Below are positions 1 through 9,134 of a stretch of 64,000 nucleotides of DNA, piece after piece. The stretch is from assembly GCA_037130535.1 (NCBI GenBank), contig JBAXSU010000001.1:14897-78896 (forward strand). Reading direction: 5' to 3'. The notes beneath the pieces were generated by a model, which was given only the letters and a program-made list of their open reading frames with translations, ran no database searches and was not told the DNA's origin. The DNA comes from Actinomycetota bacterium (GTDB lineage Bacteria > Actinomycetota > Acidimicrobiia > Acidimicrobiales > Ilumatobacteraceae). The position numbers and the translations under genes are program-made. The first letter of the stretch is position 1, and each line of letters begins with the position of its first letter.

Positions 1-206
1 CTCAAGCAGCCGACGAGCTGTCGCGCCGATACGCCAAGCCCATCCTCACGGCCACCGAACTCGCCGTGGCCGACCCCGACAATGCCGGCCCCGCGGCCGT
101 GCGGGCCACAGGTCGGCTGTGCTACCCCAGCGGCAACCGGGCGGTGGTCGCTCTCGGGCACCTGTACCGCTACGCCCGTTTCCGCCAGACCCACGGGATC
201 GGCTGA
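1..206 (+). CDS. 3' end of an upstream gene (partial); weak resemblance to the C-terminus of NDP-forming acyl-CoA synthetase/CoA-binding proteins
   Basis: Frame 3 is open from the window edge to TGA at 204-206 (...LCYPSGNRAVVALGHLYRYARFRQTHGIG*). The stop abuts the ATG of the next gene. The family call is only a resemblance. Confidence 0.35.
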   Translation, partial: QAADELSRRYAKPILTATELAVADPDNAGPAAVRATGRLCYPSGNRAVVALGHLYRYARFRQTHGIG

Positions 207-1616
207 ATGGCGCGACGCTCGGACAACCCGGTGATCATCATCACCTGCGCCGCCATCACGGTGGCGATGGGGTTGCTCGTGCTGTGGCAGTGGCTCGTGG
301 CCGCACAGGTGCGCGACCCCGACCCCGTCGTGGCCGCGTCGCCGCCACCGGCCGAGTGGTCGCTCGGCACGCCCATCTTGTCGTACCGACGGGCCCCGGG
401 TGTGCTGTCGTGGCAGATCAACGCGGGTTCGTTCGCCGCCGCGCTGCAACCGGTGTCGGCGCAGATCGACGCGACGTCGTGCTTCACGGTGTCGGTCGAC
501 GGTCGCCCGGTCAGCACCACGAACCCCGCACAACCCGTCATTCCGGCCTCGAACATGAAGATCGTCACCGGTGCGGTGGCCCTCGACGTGCTCGGCCCCA
601 GCTACACCTTCACCACCACGGTCGCCGGAGATGTCGGCTCCGACGGCGTGGTGGCGGGCGATCTCGCCCTCGTCGGCGGCGGCGACCCGGTGCTCACCAC
701 CGATGCGTGGTTGCAGCAGGGCGCGCAGAAGCACCCACCGGTGAATGTCACCCGCCTCGAAGACCTCGCCGACAAGGTGGTGGCGGCCGGAGTCACCCGC
801 GTCGAGGGTCGGGTACTGGGCGACGCCAGCCGCTACGACGACGAGTGGTTCATCCCCACGTGGTCGACCGACCTGCACGGTGTCGAGGCCGGTCCGTACG
901 ACGCACTGCTGGTCGACGACGCCGAGATGCAGGCCGACGCCGACCCGGCGCTGCACGCCGCCACGACCTTCACCGCGCTGTTGCGCGAACGAGGCGTGAC
1001 GGTGGCTCAGGACCCAGCGGTGGGCACGGCGGTGTTCACCGGTGAGATCGCCTCGGTGGTGTCGCAGCCGCTGTCGGCCATCGTCGGTGAGATGTTGCAG
1101 ACCAGCGACGACAACACCGCCGAGATGTTGCTGAAAGAGATCGGCCTCGAGTTCGCCGCCAACGGCACCACCGCTGCAGGCGTGTCGGGCGTGCTCGACC
1201 GACTCGAGGCGTGGGGTGTGCCGTCAGCAGGCGCGGTGGTGCTCGACGGCTCGGGTCTGTCGCGCAGCGACCAGGTGACGTGCTCGCTGCTGTTGGGCGT
1301 GCTCGCCCACGGCAGCCCCGTCGATGCCGTGGGTGCTGGCCTGCCGGTGGCGGCCACATCGGGCACACTCGAGGACATCTTCGTGGGCACCCCGATGGCA
1401 GGTCGCCTGCAGGGCAAGACCGGCACGCTGAGCGATGTGAAGTCGTTGTCGGGCTACGTGGTGGCGTCGGATGGATCGGTCATCCAGTTCTCGCTGGTGC
1501 AGAACTCGCCCGGTATCGACGACGGTGCCTACCTCGTCGTGTGGGAGCAGATCCTCGCCCCGGCACTCGCCACCTACCCGACCGGGCCCACTGAAGACCA
1601 GCTCGCGCCGCGCTAG
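207..1616 (+). CDS. dacB: D-alanyl-D-alanine carboxypeptidase/endopeptidase (PBP4, peptidase S13)
   Basis: 469-aa ORF with an N-terminal hydrophobic anchor, SxxK active site (PASNMK) and KTG box (QGKTGTL). Length is typical of PBP4. Confidence 0.85.
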   Translation: MARRSDNPVIIITCAAITVAMGLLVLWQWLVAAQVRDPDPVVAASPPPAEWSLGTPILSYRRAPGVLSWQINAGSFAAALQPVSAQIDATSCFTVSVDGRPVSTTNPAQPVIPASNMKIVTGAVALDVLGPSYTFTTTVAGDVGSDGVVAGDLALVGGGDPVLTTDAWLQQGAQKHPPVNVTRLEDLADKVVAAGVTRVEGRVLGDASRYDDEWFIPTWSTDLHGVEAGPYDALLVDDAEMQADADPALHAATTFTALLRERGVTVAQDPAVGTAVFTGEIASVVSQPLSAIVGEMLQTSDDNTAEMLLKEIGLEFAANGTTAAGVSGVLDRLEAWGVPSAGAVVLDGSGLSRSDQVTCSLLLGVLAHGSPVDAVGAGLPVAATSGTLEDIFVGTPMAGRLQGKTGTLSDVKSLSGYVVASDGSVIQFSLVQNSPGIDDGAYLVVWEQILAPALATYPTGPTEDQLAPR

Positions 1617-1651
1617 CACGTTCGGGTGCCGCCTGGGCCTACGGTGGGGTC

Positions 1652-2311
1652 ATGGCCGTGATGCCGATGTTCCCGCTGGGCAGTGTGTTGCTCCCCGGCA
1701 CCGTGTTGCCGCTGCACGTGTTCGAGCCGCGCTATCTGGCGATGATGCGCGACTGCGCCGAGCAGTACGAGTACGAATTCGGCGTGGCGCTCATCGAACG
1801 GGGCAGCGAGGTGGGCGGTGGCGACCAGCGCACCGGCATCGGCACCGTGGCGCGCATGGTGCAGCTCGGCGAATTGGGCGACGGCCGTCTCCTGGTCGTG
1901 TGCATCGGCACACGGCGTATCCGGGTGAACGCCTGGCTACCCGACGACCCGTACCCACTCGCAGATGTCGACGAGTGGCCCGACTCGTGGGATGTCGACG
2001 CTGCCCAGATGCCGTCCGGCAACGACTTCGCTGAACGGATCACCAGGGTCGCTTCGCGGGTACGTCGCGCCGCCGCCCTGGCGGTCGAGTTGGGCGACCA
2101 CGCCGGCGATGCCTCGTCTGAGATGAGTGACGACGCGCTCCTCGCCTCGTACCAACTCGCTGCCCTGCTGCCCGTCGGGGCCGCCGACACCTACCGGTTG
2201 CTCGCGGCCCCGGGCCCGGCCGAGCGGGTGACGATGATCGAGGAGATGCTCGACGACGTCGAGGCGCTGTTGCAGTTCCGGCTCAGCGACGACGACCAAC
2301 CCGAGGTCTGA
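1652..2311 (+). CDS. LON N-terminal substrate-binding domain protein (no ATPase or protease domain)
   Basis: 219 aa. Starts MPMFPLGSVLLPGTVLPLHVFEPRYLAMM, the hallmark opening of the Lon N-terminal (LON/PUA-like) domain. Confidence 0.8.
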   Translation: MAVMPMFPLGSVLLPGTVLPLHVFEPRYLAMMRDCAEQYEYEFGVALIERGSEVGGGDQRTGIGTVARMVQLGELGDGRLLVVCIGTRRIRVNAWLPDDPYPLADVDEWPDSWDVDAAQMPSGNDFAERITRVASRVRRAAALAVELGDHAGDASSEMSDDALLASYQLAALLPVGAADTYRLLAAPGPAERVTMIEEMLDDVEALLQFRLSDDDQPEV

Positions 2312-2394
2312 ACCGCCGCTCCGGGCAGAGGTCGCGAACCTCTGGCGTCGATCCGCACTGTGGTGACAGGGGCCGATGTGCCAACATAGGGCCG

Positions 2395-2745
2395 ATGACC
2401 GACCAGCAGGCCACCACGTCGACGGCGCGAGCCGGTGCTTCGACCTCGACCGAACTGAGCGACGTCGTCGAGTTGGTGAAGTCGTATGCCCGGCAAGAGA
2501 CGCTGGGGCCGCTGCGCGGTGCTGGCCGCTGGATTGCATTCGGCCTGGCCGGAGCGCTGTTCCTCGGTGCGTCGGCGTCGTTGCTGGTGCTCGGCGTGTT
2601 GCGTCTCGTCCAGACCGAGTTCGCGCCCACCTTCTCGGGTCGGTGGATGAGCCTGCTGCCATACCTGATGGCGCTCGTGGTCTGCATCACCGTCATCGCT
2701 GTCGCGGCGATGCGCATCGGCAAGAAGTCGCTGCACGAGGACTGA
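2395..2745 (+). CDS. Small 2-3 TM membrane protein, actinobacterial Holin-X-like family
   Basis: 116 aa with a polar N-terminus followed by hydrophobic helices (WIAFGLAGALFLGASASLLVLGVL; LLPYLMALVVCITVIAVAAM). First gene of a three-gene small-protein unit. Confidence 0.6.
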   Translation: MTDQQATTSTARAGASTSTELSDVVELVKSYARQETLGPLRGAGRWIAFGLAGALFLGASASLLVLGVLRLVQTEFAPTFSGRWMSLLPYLMALVVCITVIAVAAMRIGKKSLHED

Positions 2746-2762
2746 GTCGGAGGTATCGATCC

Positions 2763-2969
2763 ATGGCACAAGCAAAGATCACCCGTAGCGACCTCGAGTC
2801 CCGTTTCAAGGCCTTGCAGGACGATGTGCAACTGAAGGTGAACGACAAGAAGCAGAGCCTTGCCTCGGCCGCCGCGGTGGGTGGTGTGGTGCTCGTGCTC
2901 ATCGTGTTCCTGCTCGGCAAGCGCAGCGGCCGGAAGAAGTCGACGTTCGTCGAAATCCGCCGGGTGTAG
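2763..2969 (+). CDS. Small single-TM protein (coiled N-terminus, C-terminal anchor)
   Basis: Internal ATG at 2763 of ORF 2376..2969 gives the 68-aa MAQAKITRSDLESRFKALQDDVQ...AAAVGGVVLVLIVFLLGKRSGRKK. The region upstream in the same frame is Arg-rich shadow overlapping the previous gene. Confidence 0.55.
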   Translation: MAQAKITRSDLESRFKALQDDVQLKVNDKKQSLASAAAVGGVVLVLIVFLLGKRSGRKKSTFVEIRRV

Positions 2970-2971
2970 GC

Positions 2972-3241
2972 ATGCCCCTCGCCAAACAACTGGTCCGGCG
3001 GCACTGGTGGTCGCCGGTGGGTTACCTCCGTCGCAAGGCAACGGTGCAGTCCCTTTCGGGCAGTCGTGGCTGGATGGTGGCGGGCGGCGTGCTGTGGGTG
3101 GCCGGCCGCGTGCGGCGCGCCATCAGTCGGCAGCCCGAATCGGTGGTGCTGCCGAAGTTGCGGCTCGGTGAGACGCTCGAGGTGGCGGCCAGGCGTCCGC
3201 TCACCCGGAGCCAGCGCCGCGCCGTTCGGCGCGCCCGCTGA
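2972..3241 (+). CDS. Hypothetical basic protein with one hydrophobic segment
   Basis: 89-aa ORF starting 2 nt after the previous stop ([13 protein letters not shown], Arg-rich tail). No family recognised. Confidence 0.45.
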   Translation: MPLAKQLVRRHWWSPVGYLRRKATVQSLSGSRGWMVAGGVLWVAGRVRRAISRQPESVVLPKLRLGETLEVAARRPLTRSQRRAVRRAR

Positions 3242-3258
3242 CGCATACTGGTGGCCTG

Positions 3259-3456
3259 ATGAAAGTGCTGCTGCGGAATCCCTCACGCGAGGTCGTCGTC
3301 GATGGGCGTCGCAACGTCCTTGCCCTGCTCGACGAACTCGGCCTGAACCGCGAATCGCACCTGGTCATCCGCAACGGCACGCTCGTGCCCGGCGACGGCG
3401 AGCTCGCCGCCGACGACGAGGTGGAGATCCGCCCGGTCATCTCCGGGGGCGCCTGA
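3259..3456 (+). CDS. ThiS/MoaD/TtuB(SAMP)-like ubiquitin-fold sulfur-carrier protein, C-terminus ...SGGA
   Basis: 65 aa, the size of a beta-grasp sulfur carrier. Ends [13 protein letters not shown] (Gly-Gly plus one extra Ala). The stop at 3454-3456 lies 1 nt before the GTG of the thiolase gene. Confidence 0.75.
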   Translation: MKVLLRNPSREVVVDGRRNVLALLDELGLNRESHLVIRNGTLVPGDGELAADDEVEIRPVISGGA

Positions 3457-3457
3457 C

Positions 3458-4414
3458 GTGCGCGTCCCGTCGAAGTGCCGCACCTGCGGCGAGCCTGCCA
3501 TCATCGACCTGCCCCGGCACAACGCCAAGTTCTGCGCCGAGCACTTTCAGGAACTGTGCCGCCGGCAGGTGACCAAGGCCATCGAACAGTTCGGCATGCT
3601 CACCCGCGACGACCGCATCCTCGTGGCCGTGTCGGGGGGCAAGGACAGCCTGGCGGTGTGGGACCTGCTGTACGAACTGGGCTACCAGGCCGACGGGCTG
3701 TACATCGGACTCGGCATCGGCGACTACAGCGACGTATCGGGCCAGTACGCCCGCGACTTCGCGGCCGCTCGCGGTCTGCACCTCATCGAGGTGTCGCTGC
3801 GCGGCGAGTACGGCTACGACATCCCGACGGCGGCCAGAGCCACGCGACGCGTGCCCTGCTCGGCGTGCGGCCTGAGCAAACGGCATCTGTTCGACAAGGC
3901 CGCGCTCGATGGTGGCTACACCGCGTTGGTCACCGGTCACAACCTCGACGACGAGGCGGCGGTGCTGCTGGGCAACACCTTGCGCTGGGACATCGGCTAT
4001 CTGGCGCGGCAACTTCCGGTGCTGCCCGCACGCGACGGTTTCCCGAAGAAGGTGAAGCCACTCGTGCGCCTCACCGAACGCGAGACCGCAGCGTGGTGCG
4101 TGGTGCGCGGTATCGACTATCTGGTCGACGAGTGCCCGATGGCGGTGGGCAACAAGCACCTCGGCTACAAGAGCATGCTCAACGGCATCGAAGCCGAATC
4201 GCCCGGGTCGAAGGCTGCCTTCTACCTCAACTTCATCGAGCACATGGCGCCCATCCTGGCCGACCAGTTGCACGATGAACGCGAAGCACTCGGGGTGTGC
4301 TCCGAATGTGGCGCCCCCACCTCCGGTGAGGTGTGCGCCTTCTGTCGCCTCGTTGCCACCTCGGCCGCCCACGAACCGGTGCCGATCGAACTGATCACGA
4401 AGGGCCGACGATGA
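3458..4414 (+). CDS. ttuA: TtuA/NcsA(Ncs6)-family tRNA 2-thiolation protein (PP-loop ATPase with Zn fingers and Fe-S cysteines)
   Basis: Carries the PP-loop SGGKDS, an N-terminal CxxC-x14-CxxH (CRTCGE...CAEH) and central CSAC plus DECP cysteines. The C-terminus has CSEC-x7-CAFC. The stop overlaps the trmI ATG (ATGA at 4411-4414). Confidence 0.8.
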   Translation: MRVPSKCRTCGEPAIIDLPRHNAKFCAEHFQELCRRQVTKAIEQFGMLTRDDRILVAVSGGKDSLAVWDLLYELGYQADGLYIGLGIGDYSDVSGQYARDFAAARGLHLIEVSLRGEYGYDIPTAARATRRVPCSACGLSKRHLFDKAALDGGYTALVTGHNLDDEAAVLLGNTLRWDIGYLARQLPVLPARDGFPKKVKPLVRLTERETAAWCVVRGIDYLVDECPMAVGNKHLGYKSMLNGIEAESPGSKAAFYLNFIEHMAPILADQLHDEREALGVCSECGAPTSGEVCAFCRLVATSAAHEPVPIELITKGRR

Positions 4415-5181
4415 ACCGTCGGTTCCACTACGGCGACAAGGTTCTGCTGCTCGACACCAAGCAACGGCGCTACCTCATCACCCTGGCCGAGGGCGGCGAG
4501 TTCCACAGCCACCACGGGTTCATCCCGCACGCCGACATCGTCGACCGCGCCGAAGGCCTGGTGGCCCGCACCACGAAGAACTCGGTCTACATCGCCCTGC
4601 GCCCCACTCTCGAGGACTTCGTCATCGAGATGCCGCGCGGCGCACAGGTGATCTACCCCAAGGATCTGGCGCCCATCTGCATGCTGGCCGACATCGGCCC
4701 CGGGGTGACCGTGCTCGAAAGTGGTGTGGGTTCTGGTGCATTGAGCATGACGATGCTTCGCTGGGGTGCGCGCATCGTCGGCTACGAGTTGCGCGAAGAC
4801 TTCGCCAACCGGGCGGTCGCCAACGTGCGCTCGTTCCTCGGTGAAGAAGCGCTTGCCAACTACCGGGTCGAACTCCGCGACTGCTACGCGGGCATCGACG
4901 AACGCAACGTCGACCGAGTGGTGCTCGATCTGCCCGAACCGTGGCAGGTGGTGCCCCACGCGATGGAGGCGCTGCGGCCCGGGGGCATCTTCGTGGCCTA
5001 CTGCCCGTCGATCATCCAGGTGTCGCAGTTGCGCGAGGCCATGGTGGGTAAGGCGTGGACCGGACTGCGGTCGCTCGAGGTGCTGCACCGCGGGTGGCAC
5101 GTGGAGGGCGCCGCCGTGCGCCCCGACCACCGGATGGTGGCCCACACCGGGTTCCTCACGGTCGGTCGCTTCCTGGGCTGA
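4411..5181 (+). CDS. trmI: tRNA (adenine58-N1)-methyltransferase
   Basis: MNRRFHYGDKVLLLDTKQRRYLITL... followed by the SAM motif VLESGVGSGALS. It occupies the conserved actinobacterial position upstream of arc/mpa. Confidence 0.9.
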   Translation: MNRRFHYGDKVLLLDTKQRRYLITLAEGGEFHSHHGFIPHADIVDRAEGLVARTTKNSVYIALRPTLEDFVIEMPRGAQVIYPKDLAPICMLADIGPGVTVLESGVGSGALSMTMLRWGARIVGYELREDFANRAVANVRSFLGEEALANYRVELRDCYAGIDERNVDRVVLDLPEPWQVVPHAMEALRPGGIFVAYCPSIIQVSQLREAMVGKAWTGLRSLEVLHRGWHVEGAAVRPDHRMVAHTGFLTVGRFLG

Positions 5182-5208
5182 CGCCTGCAGCAGCGAAGCC
5201 GTGACGCG

Positions 5209-5236
5209 CAACGGGGCGCCCGGAGGCGCCCCGTTG
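5209..5236. terminator. Bidirectional hairpin between convergent trmI and the ferredoxin gene
   Basis: Perfect 12-bp stem caacggggcgcc / ggcgccccgttg with loop cgga. There is no U-tract on either strand. Confidence 0.6.
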
Positions 5237-5256
5237 GCTGCGATGGTGGAACCGGA

Positions 5257-5502
5257 TCAGGGTTCGATGAAGATGCACTCGCCGGGACACTCCTCGGCGC
5301 TCTCGATGACACCGTCGAGCTTGTTGTCGGGGATGTTCGCCAGACCCTCGGCGCCCTGGGGAAGGCCCTTGGCGGTGGCGAAGATCTTGTCGCCTTCCCT
5401 GACGTAGGCAAGGCCATCGTCGAGCAGGGTGAAGACATCGGGGGCGATCTCCTCGCACAGGCCGTCGCCGGTGCACAGATCCTGGTCGATCCAGACCTTC
5501 AT
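5257..5502 (-). CDS. Small single-cluster ferredoxin (3Fe-4S/4Fe-4S type)
   Basis: Only the last 81 aa of the 690-aa track ORF are real: MKVWIDQDLCTGDGLCEEIAP...ECPGECIFIEP. It shows the CxxDxxC...CP cluster motif. The rest of that ORF is antisense to arc. Confidence 0.85.
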   Translation of the reverse strand: MKVWIDQDLCTGDGLCEEIAPDVFTLLDDGLAYVREGDKIFATAKGLPQGAEGLANIPDNKLDGVIESAEECPGECIFIEP

Positions 5503-5625
5503 TGCGGTTGCAGTCTCCTCGTGCGGTGGGCCATCAGGTGATGGCGGTCGGGTCGAGTGTACCGGGCCGGGTGGTCGAGCACCTAGCGCTACACAGTCGT
5601 TCGGCGATGCGTGTAGGTTCCCCAC

Positions 5626-7338
5626 ATGGCACATGCCGATGACGACAACGCCGACGTCGTTCGAACCCAGCTGGCGGTGCTCGAGCAGGAGATCGCCGAT
5701 CTGCGTCGCCGCCTGGTCGACGCCCCGAAGCGGATGCGTGCCCTCGAAGAGCGCCTGCTCGAGGCGAAGGGGCAGTTGGCCCAGGCCGTCTCGCAGAACG
5801 AGAAGCTGAGCTACACCCTGCGCGAGGCCCGCGAACACATCGCCACGCTGCGCGATGAGGTCGACAAGCTGAGCCAACCTCCCTCGGCGTACGGCGTGGT
5901 GGTGGGCAAGAACGACGACGGAACCGTCGACGTGCTCACGAGCGGGCGCAAGATGCGCGTCAGCCTGCACCCCGAGATCGACCACGACGCACTCGACCGA
6001 GGCTCGGAGGTGGTGCTGAACGAGAGCTTCAACGTGGTGCTGGCGCGCAGTCCCGAGGCCACCGGCGAGGTGGTCACCATTCGCGAGCTGATGGACGATG
6101 GTGTGCGTGCTCTCGTGGTGGGGCGCGCCGACGAAGAACGCGTGTGTGAACTGGCCGACAGTGTGCGCGGCATGCACCTGCGGGCCGGCGACACGATGCG
6201 TCTCGACACCCGCACCAACCTGCTGCTCGAGCGACTGCCCCGGCCCGAGGTGGAAGATCTGCTGCTCGAGGAGGTGCCCGACATCGGCTACGCCGACATC
6301 GGCGGCCTCGACGCCCAGATCGAGCAGATCGCCGACGCCGTAGAACTGCCGTTCCTGTATGCAGAACTCTTCGCCGAGCACCAGCTGCCTGCGCCGAAGG
6401 GCATCTTGCTGTACGGCCCGCCGGGCTGCGGCAAGACCCTCATCGCCAAGGCGGTGGCCAACTCGCTGGCCACCAAGGTGGCCGAAAAGACGGGTGGCGA
6501 GAAGGGCCGCAGCTACTTCATCAACATCAAGGGCCCCGAGCTGCTGAACAAGTACGTCGGCGAGACCGAGCGCCAGATCCGCCTCGTGTTCCAGCGGGCG
6601 CGTGAAAAGAGCGAGGAGGGCTGGCCGGTCATCGTGTTCTTCGACGAGATGGATTCGATGTTCCGCACCCGCGGCTCGGGCATCAGCTCCGACATGGAGA
6701 GCACCATCGTGCCGCAGTTGCTGGCCGAGATCGACGGTGTCGAGGGTCTGCGCAACGTCATCGTCATCGGTGCCACCAACCGCGAAGACCTCATCGACCC
6801 AGCCATCCTCCGCCCCGGCCGCCTCGACGTGAAGATCAAGATCGAGCGCCCCGATGCAGGAGCGGCACGGCAGATCTTCGCCCAATACCTCACCGACGAG
6901 ATCCCCATCGCTGCGGGCGAACAGATCCCGGCGATGATCGATGCCACCGTGGCCGAGATGTACCGCAACGACGAGGCCAACCAGTTCCTCGAGGTGACGT
7001 ACCAGAACGGCGACAAGGAGATCTTGTACTACAAGGACTTCTCGTCGGGCGCGATGATCGAGAACATCGTGCGACGGGCCAAGAAGTTGGCCATCAAGCG
7101 GGTCATCGCCGGTGGACCGCGCGGTGTGTGCACACAAGACCTGCTCGACTCGATCAAGCAGGAGTACAAAGAGCACGAAGACCTGCCCAACACCACCAAC
7201 CCCGACGACTGGGCGAAGATCTCGGGCAAGAAGGGCGAGCGCATCGTGTTCATCCGCACGCTGGTGTCGGGCCGGGCCGAGGCCGATCGCTCGGGTGGTC
7301 GTGCCATCGAGCGGGTAGGAACCGGGCAATACCTGTGA
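5626..7338 (+). CDS. arc: Proteasome-associated AAA ATPase (ARC/Mpa)
   Basis: 570 aa with an N-terminal coiled coil, Walker A GPPGCGKT and the C-terminal proteasome-docking tail ...GTGQYL*. Confidence 0.97.
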   Translation: MAHADDDNADVVRTQLAVLEQEIADLRRRLVDAPKRMRALEERLLEAKGQLAQAVSQNEKLSYTLREAREHIATLRDEVDKLSQPPSAYGVVVGKNDDGTVDVLTSGRKMRVSLHPEIDHDALDRGSEVVLNESFNVVLARSPEATGEVVTIRELMDDGVRALVVGRADEERVCELADSVRGMHLRAGDTMRLDTRTNLLLERLPRPEVEDLLLEEVPDIGYADIGGLDAQIEQIADAVELPFLYAELFAEHQLPAPKGILLYGPPGCGKTLIAKAVANSLATKVAEKTGGEKGRSYFINIKGPELLNKYVGETERQIRLVFQRAREKSEEGWPVIVFFDEMDSMFRTRGSGISSDMESTIVPQLLAEIDGVEGLRNVIVIGATNREDLIDPAILRPGRLDVKIKIERPDAGAARQIFAQYLTDEIPIAAGEQIPAMIDATVAEMYRNDEANQFLEVTYQNGDKEILYYKDFSSGAMIENIVRRAKKLAIKRVIAGGPRGVCTQDLLDSIKQEYKEHEDLPNTTNPDDWAKISGKKGERIVFIRTLVSGRAEADRSGGRAIERVGTGQYL

Positions 7339-7394
7339 TCACCGGCTGCACCCCGGCCGCTGCGCTGGAACTGTCCGGCCGATAGGGTGCCGCC

Positions 7395-8906
7395 ATGGCG
7401 ATCCCGAAGGTCTGCGGCATCGAGACCGAGTACGGGATCTTGGTGCGGGGCGCCGACAACAACCCGGTGCTGGCGTCGTCGCTGCTGATCAACGCCTATC
7501 TGGGCAGTACCGCCCGAGGTGTGAACCCGAGCAGTCCCTCGCTGCGTGCCGGGTGGGACTACGAGGACGAACACCCCGGACGCGACGCCCGCGGGTTCAG
7601 TCTCGACGACATGTTCGCTCCCGAGATCGAGAGCCATCTGGTGAATGCCGTGCTCACCAACGGTGCCCGCTACTACGTCGACCATGCCCACCCCGAGATC
7701 TCCACCCCCGAGTGCCGCGATGCGCTCGAGGTGGTGCGTTTCGACCGGGCCGCCGAGGCCATCATCGCCGCCAGCATGGAGGCAGCCCGCGCCCTGCTGC
7801 CCGACGGCGCCGAGGTGCTGTGTCACAAGAACAACTCCGACGGTAAGGGCAACAGTTACGGCTGCCACGAGAACTACCTGCTCGCCCGTGAGGTGCCCTT
7901 CGGCCGACTGGTCGCCCAGATCACGCCGCATTTCGTCACCCGCCAGGTGGTGGTGGGGGCGGGCAAGGTGGGTTGCGAACTGCCCGGTGTGGGTACCGAC
8001 CAGGTGCCGTATCAGATCAGTCAACGCGCCGACTTCTTCGAAGAGGAGGTGGGCCTCGAGACCACGTTGAAACGGCCCATCGTGAACACCCGCGACGAGC
8101 CGCACTGCGATGCCACCAAGTACCGGCGTCTGCACGTCATCGTGGGCGACGCGAACATGAGCGAAACGGCCACGCTGGTGAAGGTGGGCGCGACGGCCGT
8201 CCTGCTCGCCATGATCGAAGACGATGTCGTCGGCGACGAATGGTTACTGGCCAACCCGGTGGGGGCCATCCGGCAGGTGAGCCACGACCCCACCCTGCAG
8301 CGCACCATCCTGCTGCGCTCGGGCCGCCGGGCGACGGCGCTCGAGGTGCAGTGGGGGCTATACCAGCAGGCCCGTCGGTACGCCGGCACGCACGGCCTCG
8401 AGGCGGTGGGTGCAGAGGTGGGCGAGCAGGTACTCGACCTGTGGGAGACCATGCTGGCGGGCCTGGAACGTAACCCCGACGAGGTCGCCCATCTCGTCGA
8501 CTGGGTGGCCAAGCGCCGTGTGGTCGAGGGCTTCGCCGAACGGCACGGCCTGCGCGTCGGCGATGCACGCCTGAAGGCACTCGACCTGCAGTACCACGAC
8601 ATGCGGCCCGACAAATGCCTGGCGCGCCGGGTGGGTCTCACCACGGTGGTGTCCGACGACGACGTCACACACTCGATGACCGAGCCCCCCGACACCACCC
8701 GCGCCTATTTCCGTGGGCGCTGCCTGGCCAAGTGGCCGAACGACATCGTGGCCGCGAACTGGGATTCGCTGGTGTTCGACGTGGGTCGCGACCCCCTTCG
8801 CCGCGTGCCGATGATGGAACCGCTGCGCGGCACCCGTCATCACGTGGCTAGGTTGATCGATGAAAGTGACACGGCGGCCGACCTGCTCGCCCGCCTCGAC
8901 ACCTGA
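7395..8906 (+). CDS. dop: Pup deamidase/depupylase
   Basis: 503 aa. Starts MAIPKVCGIETEYGILV and contains NGARYYVDHAHPEISTPEC and [11 protein letters not shown] (carboxylate-amine ligase fold). It lies directly upstream of pup. Confidence 0.93.
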   Translation: MAIPKVCGIETEYGILVRGADNNPVLASSLLINAYLGSTARGVNPSSPSLRAGWDYEDEHPGRDARGFSLDDMFAPEIESHLVNAVLTNGARYYVDHAHPEISTPECRDALEVVRFDRAAEAIIAASMEAARALLPDGAEVLCHKNNSDGKGNSYGCHENYLLAREVPFGRLVAQITPHFVTRQVVVGAGKVGCELPGVGTDQVPYQISQRADFFEEEVGLETTLKRPIVNTRDEPHCDATKYRRLHVIVGDANMSETATLVKVGATAVLLAMIEDDVVGDEWLLANPVGAIRQVSHDPTLQRTILLRSGRRATALEVQWGLYQQARRYAGTHGLEAVGAEVGEQVLDLWETMLAGLERNPDEVAHLVDWVAKRRVVEGFAERHGLRVGDARLKALDLQYHDMRPDKCLARRVGLTTVVSDDDVTHSMTEPPDTTRAYFRGRCLAKWPNDIVAANWDSLVFDVGRDPLRRVPMMEPLRGTRHHVARLIDESDTAADLLARLDT

Positions 8907-8934
8907 GCCAGTTCCGACCAGGAGACCCGATCCG

Positions 8935-9129
8935 ATGGCAGAGCGCACCCACAAGCAGAAGCCCGCACCGGCCCGCACCGACGACGAGGTGGTCGATGCC
9001 CCGGCATCGACCGCAACCGGCGACAAGTTGCGAGCCGAACTCGACGACCTGCTCGACGAGATCGACGACGTGCTCGAGACCAATGCCGAGGACTTCGTGA
9101 AGTCGTACGTCCAGAAGGGCGGCGAGTAG
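8935..9129 (+). CDS. pup: Prokaryotic ubiquitin-like protein Pup (native C-terminal Glu)
   Basis: Internal ATG at 8935, preceded by ggag at 8921-8924, gives a 64-aa protein ending ...DDVLETNAEDFVKSYVQKGGE*. Confidence 0.95.
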   Translation: MAERTHKQKPAPARTDDEVVDAPASTATGDKLRAELDDLLDEIDDVLETNAEDFVKSYVQKGGE

Positions 9130-9134
9130 TCGCG

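Noticed and set aside
2395-2745. A 'holin'-family hit as a sign of a prophage or lysis cassette
   Set aside because: No endolysin, integrase, terminase or att-like repeats lie nearby. The family is widespread as a chromosomal small membrane protein in Actinobacteria.
5503-7329. Upstream 600+ aa of the 690-aa minus-strand ORF 5257..7329
   Set aside because: It runs antisense to the unmistakable arc/mpa gene. Its composition is the Arg/Gly/His/Val-rich pattern typical of GC-rich shadow frames. Only the last 81 codons (the ferredoxin) are real.
7395-8906. dop as a decaying gene, because Pup already ends in Glu
   Set aside because: The ORF is full length with the conserved ligase-fold motifs. 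Dop is known to persist as a depupylase in GGE-Pup organisms.
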